Assembly: GCA_051599415.1 (NCBI GenBank)
Contig: AP039702.1
Location: 1-64,000 of the forward strand
Direction of reading: 5' to 3'
Length of the DNA stretch: 64,000 bases
From: Savitreella phatthalungensis
Taxonomy: Eukaryota
Each line of letters begins with the position of its first letter. The stretch's first letter is position 1. Position numbers and translations under genes: made by a program. This document shows positions 9,263-19,183 of the stretch, in pieces. The notes below the pieces were generated by a model that was given only the letters and a program-made list of their open reading frames with translations, made no database searches and was not told the DNA's origin.

Positions 9263-9868
9263 TCACTTATGTATGACAGCTTTGAGAAAGGCGAAGTCGC
9301 GTATGCCCGACGGTCTAGGCAAGGGCAGAGTAAATGGCCGCGTGATTTCTACAGAGTGTTCCCCGCAAATCCCACGAATTTCCGATTCGGATATACCTTG
9401 TCGAGCTGCACCAGAATCATCTTCCTCCTGGCGCTCATAATCGATCAGTATAATCCCCTGAGTGACGCACGACATGAGTGTGTCGATGCAGGCTTGCATA
9501 TCAGGAATATGGTGGATTGTGGTGACGGAGACAGCCCAGTCGCTCACGGGAACCTGAGATGCTGAGCTGATGAGCATATGCTTGACCGTGACGCGGTCCG
9601 TCCCAGCTGCTTCGATTTTTTGCTGCATAATCCTGCACATCTCGCTGGCGGTGTCAACCCCTAGCCAGTGACGCGTTCGGTCGAACATTCGCGAGCCATC
9701 GACACGGGTAAAGGCAAGCAGACCCGTTCCACAGCCGTGCTCGAGCACCAAGCAGCCTTTGACAATCTGAATGATCTCGCGTGCGCTCGCATCGTTGATG
9801 GCGAGAACGTACTCATTCGAATCCCACCCAGTAGCTGCTTTATCGAAGTGGTCATTTGTCAAGGTCAT
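9263..9868 (-). CDS. Class I SAM-dependent methyltransferase, copy B
   Basis: VLEHGCGTG, GVDTASEM, TIHHI; ATG at 9868 (MTLTNDHFDKAA) aligns with the start of copy A. Confidence 0.83.
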   Translation of the reverse strand: MTLTNDHFDKAATGWDSNEYVLAINDASAREIIQIVKGCLVLEHGCGTGLLAFTRVDGSRMFDRTRHWLGVDTASEMCRIMQQKIEAAGTDRVTVKHMLISSASQVPVSDWAVSVTTIHHIPDMQACIDTLMSCVTQGIILIDYERQEEDDSGAARQGISESEIRGICGEHSVEITRPFTLPLPRPSGIRDFAFLKAVIHK

Positions 9869-10217
9869 GATTGATTGAATCGAGGACAACCAAAAGCTCG
9901 CTTGGCTGAGACAGTCTGGTGAAGGAGCTCTGTGGCAGGTCAAAATTTGACGGAGCACTGGTTCAGCTCAGCTTTTGGGACGTCTTACAGTGTGGTGGTG
10001 ATTGAACTTAAAACTCCGGGGCAATATGCAGATATTGAAATAATGCTTGATGCAGCTATATATAATTTGAATATTGCTTTGGTCTCTATCCCCATGTCAA
10101 AACTGCAAGATCTAGTTTACTTTACAAATCACTCGTGATAAATCGTTCTTAATACAATCATTGCACGAAGCGCCTCCGCTACATTAAATCCCTCAAAATC
10201 TACCAGTCTAAGGTTGA

Positions 10218-12851
10218 TTACAAATGCACATGCTCTAATACAGCGGCAAGTAATTCAGCTGTCCCAAAGGGTTTCGAAAGTGTGGAGTCGTACCCGGCTT
10301 GCAGCTGTCGGTCGATCTGCTCTGTCCGAGCATTTGCACTGACAGCGATGAAGGGGACATGCTTGCCAGCTTGATCGAGCCATGCTTTTGCCTTCTGAAC
10401 AGTTTCATATCCGTCCATCAGAGGCATTTCAATGTCGCACAGACAAAGCCTGATTCTGTCAATATTGTTGCGCAGCAATTCGAGCGCCTCGACACCGTTA
10501 TTTGCCACAAGCGCTTCATAGCCAGCCTTGCGAAGCTGCCTCTCCATTAGACGCTGATTCACCAGGTTGTCTTCGACGAGCAGGATTGTCGCACCTTCCA
10601 GAGGTGCCCGGAGGTCTTCCAGGTTGACCCTGGCCTGGACGGCAGAGACTTGCGGCGGAGAGCAGGGCTTGGCTCGGACGGAAAATTGGAAGGTTGTACC
10701 ACCGAAATCGTTGCCAGAGGCACGGATATCGCCGCCCATAAGTCGTGCCAGTGTCATGCATATGTACAAACCAAGCCCAGACCCGCCTGTGTCGACATGG
10801 GTTTTGGTGTTGGCCTGTGCGAAGCGCTGGAATAGTCGTGCGAGCTCAATATCCGTCATACCCCTGCCGTTATCAATAACATCGAAGACAAGCTCGATTT
10901 CGTCCCCAGTCGGCGCGAGCGACCCTGCAGTTGGATTATTCGAGATACCTGACATCGGGGAGGACAACGCGTGTTGCAAAGGCGCAAAATTTGTTCGACA
11001 GCCGAGGCGAACCTTGATGATACCGGTGCCGTCGCTTCGCGCGAATTTCAGGCTGTTAGTGATGAGATTCAGGAAGAGTTGCGAGAGCCGATTCGGATCT
11101 GTCAGTACCCAGTCGCAACCGCTAAAGGACGAATCGCGCTCGAGGGCGATAGAAATGTCTCTCGTCGTGTACTCGACTCGAAACATGCCGAACACTTGTC
11201 TGACAAGATCAGGCAGATGTGTGGGCACATTGCAAACGGTCAGCTTGCCCGCTTGCAACTGTGAGAAAAGTAGTGTATCATCCATGATTCGTTGCATGTG
11301 CCTTGCACACAGATGAACGGAACGCAAATTGTCAAGCATGTCGTCATCATCTGTCAAGCTCGCGCTGATGTCAACGGCTTGAAGGACTGCGCTCAGTGGG
11401 TTGCGCAACTCATGCGACAAATAGTCGATATACTCCAGGTGCTTGAGCGAAGTCAGCTCTGCCTCTTTAGCTCGAGTAACTGCAGTCTCAGCCTCAACAC
11501 GAGTGCGCTGTAGCGCAGCACGTCGGCGCTCATTATTGTAGCGATCGGACACGTCAACCGCCGTGCCGATGATCTCGTCCCTGCTGAGATAGTCCGTCGT
11601 GACGCAAGCCCACGACTCATTATTGCTGCCATCAGAACCGACCGGCGCGCCGTTCCAATGCCGCGTCAATTGAACGTCAACCGATTGAATCAAATTGGTG
11701 TTGTTCAGATCTTTGTAGCTTTCGATAAGCGGCTGCCGAGCTCCACGGTGAAGCAAGTCGTCCAAGAGCGAATCAAGGACCTCACTTGAGAGGTGAGTAT
11801 CATCAGAGACTTGCATCAATCGGCGCCAAGCTGGATTGACATACTTAATTTGACGTGTGCTCGCGCTTTCGATTGAAATAGCCAAAGGTGAACGTTCGAC
11901 GATGTTCCGGAACCGCGTTTCGGACTGCCGCAAGGCTTCTGCAGCCGATTGCTGCGCGAGAGCTGCGCCACTGACGGACAGCACGTCCCTTGCAAACGCT
12001 TCATATTCATCATCGACGAACCGATGTGGATTGAGTCCGAGAAACATGACGTAGACGCTGCCGGTGGCATCGATCAATCGCGTCGAAGCGGCCTTGGTGA
12101 CATCAGCCGGGTCGAGTGTCCAGTCGATGACGCAAAGTCGATCTTGACACAGAGCCGCAAGCGCATCAAAGTCTGTGGACTCTGTCCCATTTGCGAATAT
12201 GAGGTCTCGATCTCGAAGCAAGACAGCCACTGGAAAATCGTCGGACACGTCCGGAAAGAATTTCCGCAGGCGCTCCTCGACAGTCTGAACGTTGCTGTCT
12301 CGCAGAGCGCGCTCGAGCTGACGCTGCACTTGGGCTCGGCGTTTGCCGCGAATTTCACTAGTGTGATTGCGAAGCGGACAGAGAACGCCCTTGATGGCAT
12401 CGTTCGTTAGCGTGACGGGTAATATTTCCCACGAGAGCCAGGTTTCTTCCTTGAATCGTTCGCGGAAGGCAATCTCGTATCTCGCCAACGGCATCTTGCC
12501 CGGTTTGCCATCGTTCATACAGCTGATCATTGACGACAGTGCGCTCTGGACAGCATCCGGCGCAATATCGGTGTTGTGCTCTCGAAACGTCTGTCCCATC
12601 GCCCTGGGGTGGCGCTCTTGCAACATCTGTGCGGCACTGTCGTTGTAGATGACGATAGCTTCCTCCGTCCAATAGGAGTACACAACGGAATTCATGCCAA
12701 AAATAATTGTGAGAGCACTCACCATACTCATCGGCCATTCATCCAGCGGGCCCAGAGCTGTAGACGCCCAATTATACTCCGAGAAGGTTCGGAAAGCACT
12801 ACCTTCGCCGCGATCGTGTCGCGCACCGAGTTCCTCGAGCCAGGCTGGCAT
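10218..12851 (-). CDS. Hybrid sensor histidine kinase (PAS-HisKA-HATPase_c-REC), cytosolic
   Basis: H-box SHELRNPL, N-box NLITNSLKF, DNGRG, GSGLGL, receiver LLVEDN..CDIEMP..KPF; no TM segments; first ATG 12851. Confidence 0.92.
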   Translation of the reverse strand: MPAWLEELGARHDRGEGSAFRTFSEYNWASTALGPLDEWPMSMVSALTIIFGMNSVVYSYWTEEAIVIYNDSAAQMLQERHPRAMGQTFREHNTDIAPDAVQSALSSMISCMNDGKPGKMPLARYEIAFRERFKEETWLSWEILPVTLTNDAIKGVLCPLRNHTSEIRGKRRAQVQRQLERALRDSNVQTVEERLRKFFPDVSDDFPVAVLLRDRDLIFANGTESTDFDALAALCQDRLCVIDWTLDPADVTKAASTRLIDATGSVYVMFLGLNPHRFVDDEYEAFARDVLSVSGAALAQQSAAEALRQSETRFRNIVERSPLAISIESASTRQIKYVNPAWRRLMQVSDDTHLSSEVLDSLLDDLLHRGARQPLIESYKDLNNTNLIQSVDVQLTRHWNGAPVGSDGSNNESWACVTTDYLSRDEIIGTAVDVSDRYNNERRRAALQRTRVEAETAVTRAKEAELTSLKHLEYIDYLSHELRNPLSAVLQAVDISASLTDDDDMLDNLRSVHLCARHMQRIMDDTLLFSQLQAGKLTVCNVPTHLPDLVRQVFGMFRVEYTTRDISIALERDSSFSGCDWVLTDPNRLSQLFLNLITNSLKFARSDGTGIIKVRLGCRTNFAPLQHALSSPMSGISNNPTAGSLAPTGDEIELVFDVIDNGRGMTDIELARLFQRFAQANTKTHVDTGGSGLGLYICMTLARLMGGDIRASGNDFGGTTFQFSVRAKPCSPPQVSAVQARVNLEDLRAPLEGATILLVEDNLVNQRLMERQLRKAGYEALVANNGVEALELLRNNIDRIRLCLCDIEMPLMDGYETVQKAKAWLDQAGKHVPFIAVSANARTEQIDRQLQAGYDSTLSKPFGTAELLAAVLEHVHL

Positions 12852-13519
12852 GACGCGTCGACACAAAATGAGCGCAGGCGCTGATGCGGGTGAATTATCG
12901 TGCCAGATAGATGAGTCAATCTGGACAACTGCTGAGCTGCTTTTGCTACGCCCTCATGTGCCTTCGCCTACGCTGCGGTCGCTGCCTGATATCCTCGCCC
13001 GAGACAGGGACTTTGTACTCCTCGGAAGATTTATGATTTTTCCAATCCCGTCTCAACCGCAGCCGGACAACTGATAATCCTGGCTGAATGACAAAAATTG
13101 TGGAGTCGATCCTGAATACAGGTTGGCTTGTGGTGGTTTGAACCTGGATCTGAATCTGGATCAGACTCGATGATCTGGGCCTGGAGGATCCGAGAGGTCG
13201 TGCCCGCGATTGCCCTGTAGCGGAAATATGGCAAACAAGCCACGCTGATTAAGGTAGACCAAAGACCTTCGCTCGCTCTCCCAGCGAGAACAAAAAGGGC
13301 TGAGGTGCACCTCCTTCCGGACAGCTTGCGGTACGCAAAGTCAGCTGCTGGTCCGCGGAGAGTGGTCATCATTCATGCAGACCTGGAATGAGGAGCTGGT
13401 CTTTGCCGCCTGGTCGAGCGAATGAGCAGCCTCAGGGAGCTCCCTAAAACGTCTGTGTCGGCCTTGCCGATCGGGTAATTGTTGAAGCTATCGGTTAGAG
13501 GTCAGGCCTTGAGTTTGTG

Positions 13520-14305
13520 TCATCTTTTCAGTACACCTAGTCGCGGCGACGAGTGAGGAGCAGAAAAATCGTGGCTGTCAAGCCGGTTGAACCATTTGCG
13601 CGGATTGAATATGTGGCCGATATCCAGTAAGGTGATGAAGAATCCACATACAGGAGATTGTACGACTGTCTCTCGGTGCCGTTCAAGCTCAATCATTCTC
13701 GTGCGCGTGCTGATAGTTTCTCGCCATGAAGAACAGGCAAAGAAAAGCCTGTCACGTGTGCAATTTCCGCTAAGTAGCATCTCTTCGATTGACAAAGCGT
13801 CATTCTGCTCCTCTTGCAGCGTGTGCTCGCCGAACCGCGTCAAATCATTACCGCGTGGTTGATTCTTGACCAGCATAGCCGGTTCCCAAGGAATGGCAGA
13901 CCACGCTCTTTGATGCAACAGAAGGAACGCCTGGATAAGAGGCGCACCGAGACTATGCTGCAGATGGGCCGGCGGAGAGAGTTTCAGGAAGTGATCTAAT
14001 TCGACCAGTCCTAGATCGAGCGTGATTACCGACTCATCCACATCCCTTCCTGTGAGCTCTCCATAGACGGATAGATCGTAAGTGAGTCGCTTGACAAGAT
14101 TTTTCACACCGATCAGCGACGGATTTGGCTTGCGCGGCCACTGCCAAGGATCGGGTTCAGCGGCACGGGATGCCAGGTAGACCATGACCTCGCGCACGCC
14201 AGCACGAGCTTCGGGCCGGAATAGCCATGACCGAACGGCCCGATCGCCGGACGATCGAGTCGGACGACGCACTGGCGCGTGAGCCAAGTCCATGTGCCTG
14301 AGCAC
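13520..14305 (-). CDS. Hypothetical protein (~260 aa)
   Basis: Longest ORF in an otherwise empty interval; no family recognised; ATG probably at MDLAHAP. Confidence 0.45.
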   Translation of the reverse strand: MLRHMDLAHAPVRRPTRSSGDRAVRSWLFRPEARAGVREVMVYLASRAAEPDPWQWPRKPNPSLIGVKNLVKRLTYDLSVYGELTGRDVDESVITLDLGLVELDHFLKLSPPAHLQHSLGAPLIQAFLLLHQRAWSAIPWEPAMLVKNQPRGNDLTRFGEHTLQEEQNDALSIEEMLLSGNCTRDRLFFACSSWRETISTRTRMIELERHRETVVQSPVCGFFITLLDIGHIFNPRKWFNRLDSHDFSAPHSSPRLGVLKR

Positions 14306-14515
14306 TTGCCCCCCGTCGAAGGCAGATTTGCAATTTTGGCCAACGGCTTATCAACCAATTTCAACGCGCCTAAAATGACGCTCATCCTGCATATGACGTC
14401 TGGCATCCATATACGATTCAACTCTCAGTGAATTCAAGTTTATAAGTCCACATGCTAGCTGTTCGAAACCCTTGACTGCCCCACGACTCTGAACCAGATC
14501 GACAAAATAGCGTCA

Positions 14516-15232
14516 ATGCGCATCTCGAGGAGAGGTCTCTGCAATTGCGCAAAGCTGCCGGTATGGCCGTCGTTCTCGCAGCCAATAGACTACGATGGAT
14601 ACATGACCAAGATCAGGCCCTATCGACGACACGTGTTGATCGAAACACCGGAGAGAGGTGCGCATGATTGGCAAGCAAATGCGCAGCTGGAGCTCAACAC
14701 GATTTCATGCTTCCTGAGGACAATGAAGACTGAGAACAAACTATTGTTCAACAGAGTATCGAACACAATCTCGAGATCCTCACCGAGAGACGTCCCACAC
14801 GGTAAAGTGTTAATTTTTCCGGACGGTATCGAGATCGAGGTCGAACAGCCAGACGCGCGCTTAGCGGAGGCCCTGGCGGCTGAGGACATCAGATTGGAGG
14901 CGACTCGCCTAGGATTGAAATTCCGGCAGCTCTCGCGCGGACGGGTACTTGCTTGCGCACACATGCGGCGCGACGAGCGTTGTGGGAAAGCTGGCGTCGT
15001 GCTCGCCGAGCATATCAACGCACGTGCTCTACCGCTTGAGCTTCTTTATGTCGACCACATGGGAGGCCACAAGTACGCAGGCAACCTCATCTTCCATTTA
15101 CCTCCAGATTCCGGGGGCAAATCATGGCGATCAGTGTGGTACGGACGTGTAAACCTTGACAACCTGGACGAGGTGCTGGCAAAGACGCTGGACGGCGGAG
15201 TCGTGGATGAGCTAGTCCGGCTACGAGCTTAG
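14516..15232 (+). CDS. Thioredoxin-like ferredoxin, Aim32/Apd1 (sucrase/ferredoxin-like) family
   Basis: CAHMRRDERCG and HMGGHKYAGN 2Fe-2S ligand motifs, WYGRV; Arg-rich N-terminus suggests mitochondrial Aim32-like. Confidence 0.88.
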   Translation: MRISRRGLCNCAKLPVWPSFSQPIDYDGYMTKIRPYRRHVLIETPERGAHDWQANAQLELNTISCFLRTMKTENKLLFNRVSNTISRSSPRDVPHGKVLIFPDGIEIEVEQPDARLAEALAAEDIRLEATRLGLKFRQLSRGRVLACAHMRRDERCGKAGVVLAEHINARALPLELLYVDHMGGHKYAGNLIFHLPPDSGGKSWRSVWYGRVNLDNLDEVLAKTLDGGVVDELVRLRA

Positions 15233-15927
15233 AATCTTTGCCGACCAGGGAGACCGCGTCGAAGCTGGCTCGCTCCGGTTTCAGGTCTAGGTAAATCAGC
15301 ACTCGTCCGCGACATCGAAGCTGGCTCATGACCAAAAGATCCAGAATCTGTGGCAATTCTATTTATGCGAACGCGCTCGCGGAATCGGTCGGATGATAGT
15401 GGTGCCGGCGCCTCTCCTCGTTCGTCCGCGACAGATCCTTGTTGCCTGCTCAATGTAGACCGGGCGGATGAATATGTACGTCTAGGAGCCTGTTGCTCTT
15501 GCGACTGCGCACGCTCATAGATATTCTTGAGGGAGACCTTCTGAGGATTTCCTGGTCGCTCGGAGATGTGTCGTTGTGAAGACGCCCTGATGGCGGGACT
15601 GTCTGATCGCACCGAGGTTGCTTGTTCCTGATATCGCGCGGTCTGAAGCCACGGAGGCATGCTTCTGCCTTTCGTCATGTAGTATTGCCTCAGTGACCGG
15701 ATGACGTGTGTGTCGACACCTTCCTCGTCCCCATCGCTCTCCGCATCGTCACTTCCCGCAACGTCGCGGATTTTTTGAGATACAGCCTTCGATACGCTGC
15801 CTGTAGCTGACAAGAGTTTGTCCCACATCTTTGAGCCTGCAGAAGCATCATCGTCGGTGGTCCCCACAGCTGGCAACAGATCTCGATAAGACCCATTTCT
15901 CAAAGCATTCCATCGTGCTGAAGCCAT
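15229..15927 (-). CDS. MSO1: Mso1-like Sec1-binding exocytosis protein
   Basis: ESDGDEEGVDTHVIRSLRQYYMTKGRSMPPWL resembles the Mso1 Sec1-binding region; remainder disordered. Confidence 0.7.
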   Translation of the reverse strand: MASARWNALRNGSYRDLLPAVGTTDDDASAGSKMWDKLLSATGSVSKAVSQKIRDVAGSDDAESDGDEEGVDTHVIRSLRQYYMTKGRSMPPWLQTARYQEQATSVRSDSPAIRASSQRHISERPGNPQKVSLKNIYERAQSQEQQAPRRTYSSARSTLSRQQGSVADERGEAPAPLSSDRFRERVRINRIATDSGSFGHEPASMSRTSADLPRPETGASQLRRGLPGRQRF

Positions 15928-16586
15928 GTCTGCGCCGCAACCAGCGTGCTGTTGACCTGAGCGGACTGCCGCGGCTGAGCGCGACTACACGAAGACGGCG
16001 ACGAGACGGCGTTCGTAGAATGTTGTTGAATAGAGCAACCACCTCGACAGATCCGATGAATTTCCAATTTGATCTTATAGCGATGATATCGTCGTGCGCA
16101 CAATCGACTGATCGATCGCAATGGCTTCGCTCAATTATGCAGAACAGCCGATCGGATGAATTCCTTCCTTTGTGAAATTTTTGATCGATTCCTAACGTCA
16201 TGCTTGAACGGCGAGCGTTTAGCTATATATCGACTAATCGATGGATCCATGTTCATTGTCCACAATTAATGGAGAGTAACATGTCAAATTAGTGGAATCC
16301 ACAAATGATTTATATCGCAGCTGCTGCATAAATGGCACGTTGTTCGATTGAATAATTCGTTGTGCAAGCGATATTTTAGCTCCAGTTCTGCATTCGACCA
16401 CGCGAAAATGATAAGGTGACATCCGGACCTGAACAGTGTATACAATACTCGCAATGCCAATTCTGCAAATTCGAAAATCAGAGAAGTGGGACGCGCCAAG
16501 CACATTCATTCCTCCGGCCACGATCGAGACACTATTTAAAGCTTGTGGACGACCGGTCCTGTTGACATTCGGTCTTTTAGTACACG

Positions 16587-17702
16587 ATGAGTCGCGGCGA
16601 TTACAAGATTCAGGTTCCCACATCCGATGAGGATGACTATCGGCCGCCTGCGGCTGCACAACGCAAGGACGAAACCCTGACCACTATCATCAATCATCCT
16701 CTCCTCCCGGTCTTGTCCTACTGTTCAGCTAGCATTCTCATGACGGCGACAAATAAGTATGTTCTAAGTGGACATTTCTTCAACCTGAACTTTTTCCTCC
16801 TCATCGTCCAATCGGTCGTCTGCATCGCTGTCATTGCAGCCCTCAAGCAGGCGAAGGTCATCACTTACCGCGACTTCTCCACAGATGAGGCAAGGAAGTG
16901 GTTTCCGATCAGTCTGCTCCTCGTTTTGATGATCTATACCGGCTCAAAAGCGCTGCAGTACCTCAGTATTCCTGTCTACACAATTTTCAAAAATTTGACC
17001 ATCATCGTCATCGCTTACGGCGAAGTCATCTGGTTCGGTGGTAGTGTGACACCTATGACTCTAGCTGCATTCGGCCTAATGGTCGTCTCTAGCGTCGTCG
17101 CGGCTTGGTCGGATGTTTCCAGTGCGCTGTCGTCCGATCTTGTCACAGGCACGGCTGCAAATTTGAACTCGGGGTACATATGGATGTTCATCAACTGCCT
17201 GGCCTCGGCGGCATATGTCCTTGGCATGAGAAAGCGCATCAAGCTTACGAACTTCAAGGACTTTGATACTATGTTCTACAACAATCTCTTGTCAATCCCC
17301 ATCCTGCTCGTTTGCACAGTCCTTCTCGAGGACTGGTCAGCAGTAAATGTCGCACGCAATTTCCCGGCGGACTTACGCACATCTCTAATCACCGCAATGG
17401 TTCTGAGCGGCGGCTCCACCGTTGGCATCTCCTACACATCCGCGTGGTGTGTGCGCGTCACATCATCCACTACATACTCGATGGTCGGGGCATTGAACAA
17501 GCTGCCAATCGCTCTGTCGGGTCTCGTATTCTTTGGCGACCCGGTCACGTTCTTCTCGGTCACGGCCATTGCTTTGGGATTTATTGCAGGAATCGTCTAC
17601 GCATTTGCGAAGATTCAGCAGGGGAAGCAGCAGCAACAGCGCAATCAGGACATACCGATGTCTTCGTCTATGTCGTCTCAGCAATCGGCCATGAAAAATT
17701 GA
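16587..17702 (+). CDS. VRG4: Golgi GDP-mannose transporter
   Basis: [36 protein letters not shown] motifs. Confidence 0.95.
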   Translation: MSRGDYKIQVPTSDEDDYRPPAAAQRKDETLTTIINHPLLPVLSYCSASILMTATNKYVLSGHFFNLNFFLLIVQSVVCIAVIAALKQAKVITYRDFSTDEARKWFPISLLLVLMIYTGSKALQYLSIPVYTIFKNLTIIVIAYGEVIWFGGSVTPMTLAAFGLMVVSSVVAAWSDVSSALSSDLVTGTAANLNSGYIWMFINCLASAAYVLGMRKRIKLTNFKDFDTMFYNNLLSIPILLVCTVLLEDWSAVNVARNFPADLRTSLITAMVLSGGSTVGISYTSAWCVRVTSSTTYSMVGALNKLPIALSGLVFFGDPVTFFSVTAIALGFIAGIVYAFAKIQQGKQQQQRNQDIPMSSSMSSQQSAMKN

Positions 17703-17768
17703 ACGACTCGATCACGCACAGCGCAGTGTCGATCAACATAGTAAGCAGAGTAATCATAGGCTAAATTA

Positions 17769-17992
17769 TTACTGCGAGAGCGGACTCAGCAGGCTCAATC
17801 ATATGTCAGTCTGCAATCCCAAAGGCTTAAGCTTCATTAGCGTTCTTACCGTAGCAGTTCGGGCCGCGGGGAGGAACGAGTGTAACCCAAATATAAGATG
17901 AGCGGGATGTAGCCATAGTGCAGCGTCAGACGCCCGACTTCGATCAGGCTTGATAAGCGGTCGCGTGTCTCTTCGGATAGTCTAAGTGACAT
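17769..17992 (-). CDS. TOM7: Mitochondrial import receptor Tom7, 2 exons (17992-17850, 17793-17769), 55 aa
   Basis: LHYGYIPLILYLGY signature; 56-nt intron GTAAGA..ACTGAC..GAG restores the canonical C-terminus RLLSPLSQ*. Confidence 0.9.
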
Positions 17993-18163
17993 GACACTAG
18001 TTAGGCCGGCGCGGATGTCGTTACTTAATGACGGCGCAGTTTGCGAAATCTTTTTGTCGTTTTCGTGGTTCGACCACAAACGAAAATGATTGTGGCCGGG
18101 TGCACCGAAGATGATCTAGAGGAAGCTCTTCTCCGTGGGTACACGATAAACTTCGGTCCGTCG

Positions 18164-19024
18164 ATGGAACTTTTCTTCCTGCGTCACGGGCAGCGACTAG
18201 ATCAGAAGGATCTTTCGTGGCGCGACACATCACCGACGCCATACGACACCCCTTTGTCCGCACATGGATTCTACCAAGCTCAGAAGACCGGGCATGCAAT
18301 CTTAGAACAGGCCCGAAATGGCCGCTTTGTCATTCATACGTCTCCATTCCTCAGATGCATCCAGACAGCTGTCACTCTAGCATGTGTGCTACCGAAGCCT
18401 CCTACGCTGCGCATCGACAGCGGGCTCGGAGAATGGCTCACACCGGATTATTACCAGGATATCCAGCCGCCCCCGGCGATGCGTGAGCTTTCGGAGAGTG
18501 CGCGTCAATCTGCTTTGCAGTCAGCAGATCGATATAAGATTGACCTGGATCTCGGCTGGGACAGTGAAAAGCTCGGTCGAGGAGGCGATTATGGCGAGGA
18601 GTGGCCAGAAATGCACGCCCGCTTTCGCCAGTACTTCCTCGCCCTCTCCTCCATTTATCAAGGTGACGATAGCGTCGCCGTGATTCTTGTGACCCACGGC
18701 GCGGGCTGCAATGCATTGCTCGGGGCTGCGAGCGGAAAGCCGGTTCTCCAGGACATCGGCTTGTGCGCTCTATCGCACGTCCTTGGTCGAGATGTAATAG
18801 CGTACGCATGCGCACGTCATCTCGACAGTCGTCCTTCTAGCATGACAAGTAACGAACCCGTCCTGCACCGGAGTTCGTCCCGACGCTCTTTAGCTGTTCC
18901 TTCTGGCAATGCTACCCAGGACGATCCTGCTGGAGATTCGCAAGCGCTTCATCGATCACATCCACCTATGCTGACAAAGCGAACTCCTCCTTCCGGCCTT
19001 TGGAGCCCTCAGTCACCTGCCTGA
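18164..19024 (+). CDS. Histidine phosphatase (phosphoglycerate mutase-like) family protein
   Basis: FFLRHGQRLD, TSPFLRCIQTA, LGEW, LVTHG; alternative in-frame ATG at 18086. Confidence 0.85.
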   Translation: MELFFLRHGQRLDQKDLSWRDTSPTPYDTPLSAHGFYQAQKTGHAILEQARNGRFVIHTSPFLRCIQTAVTLACVLPKPPTLRIDSGLGEWLTPDYYQDIQPPPAMRELSESARQSALQSADRYKIDLDLGWDSEKLGRGGDYGEEWPEMHARFRQYFLALSSIYQGDDSVAVILVTHGAGCNALLGAASGKPVLQDIGLCALSHVLGRDVIAYACARHLDSRPSSMTSNEPVLHRSSSRRSLAVPSGNATQDDPAGDSQALHRSHPPMLTKRTPPSGLWSPQSPA

Positions 19025-19183
19025 GAACCATCTTCTCCTTACGACACGATACGACACGAAACATTGTACACTGCAGCCCAGCATCTCATCGACCTAAATG
19101 AGTAATTAGACCAAGCCTATATAATGTGAGGTAAAAATTATTTGTGACGCCTTGAAAATCGTCCTCGCCCCCTGACGCTGACC

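Noticed and set aside
10567..11316. 249-aa plus-strand ORF inside the histidine kinase, and similar shadow ORFs in other genes
   Set aside because: Antisense to well-supported genes, with no motifs
16020..16200. Sm-site-like AATTTTTG and partial C/D-box-like words
   Set aside because: No conserved snRNA or snoRNA motif set could be assembled; more likely promoter sequence
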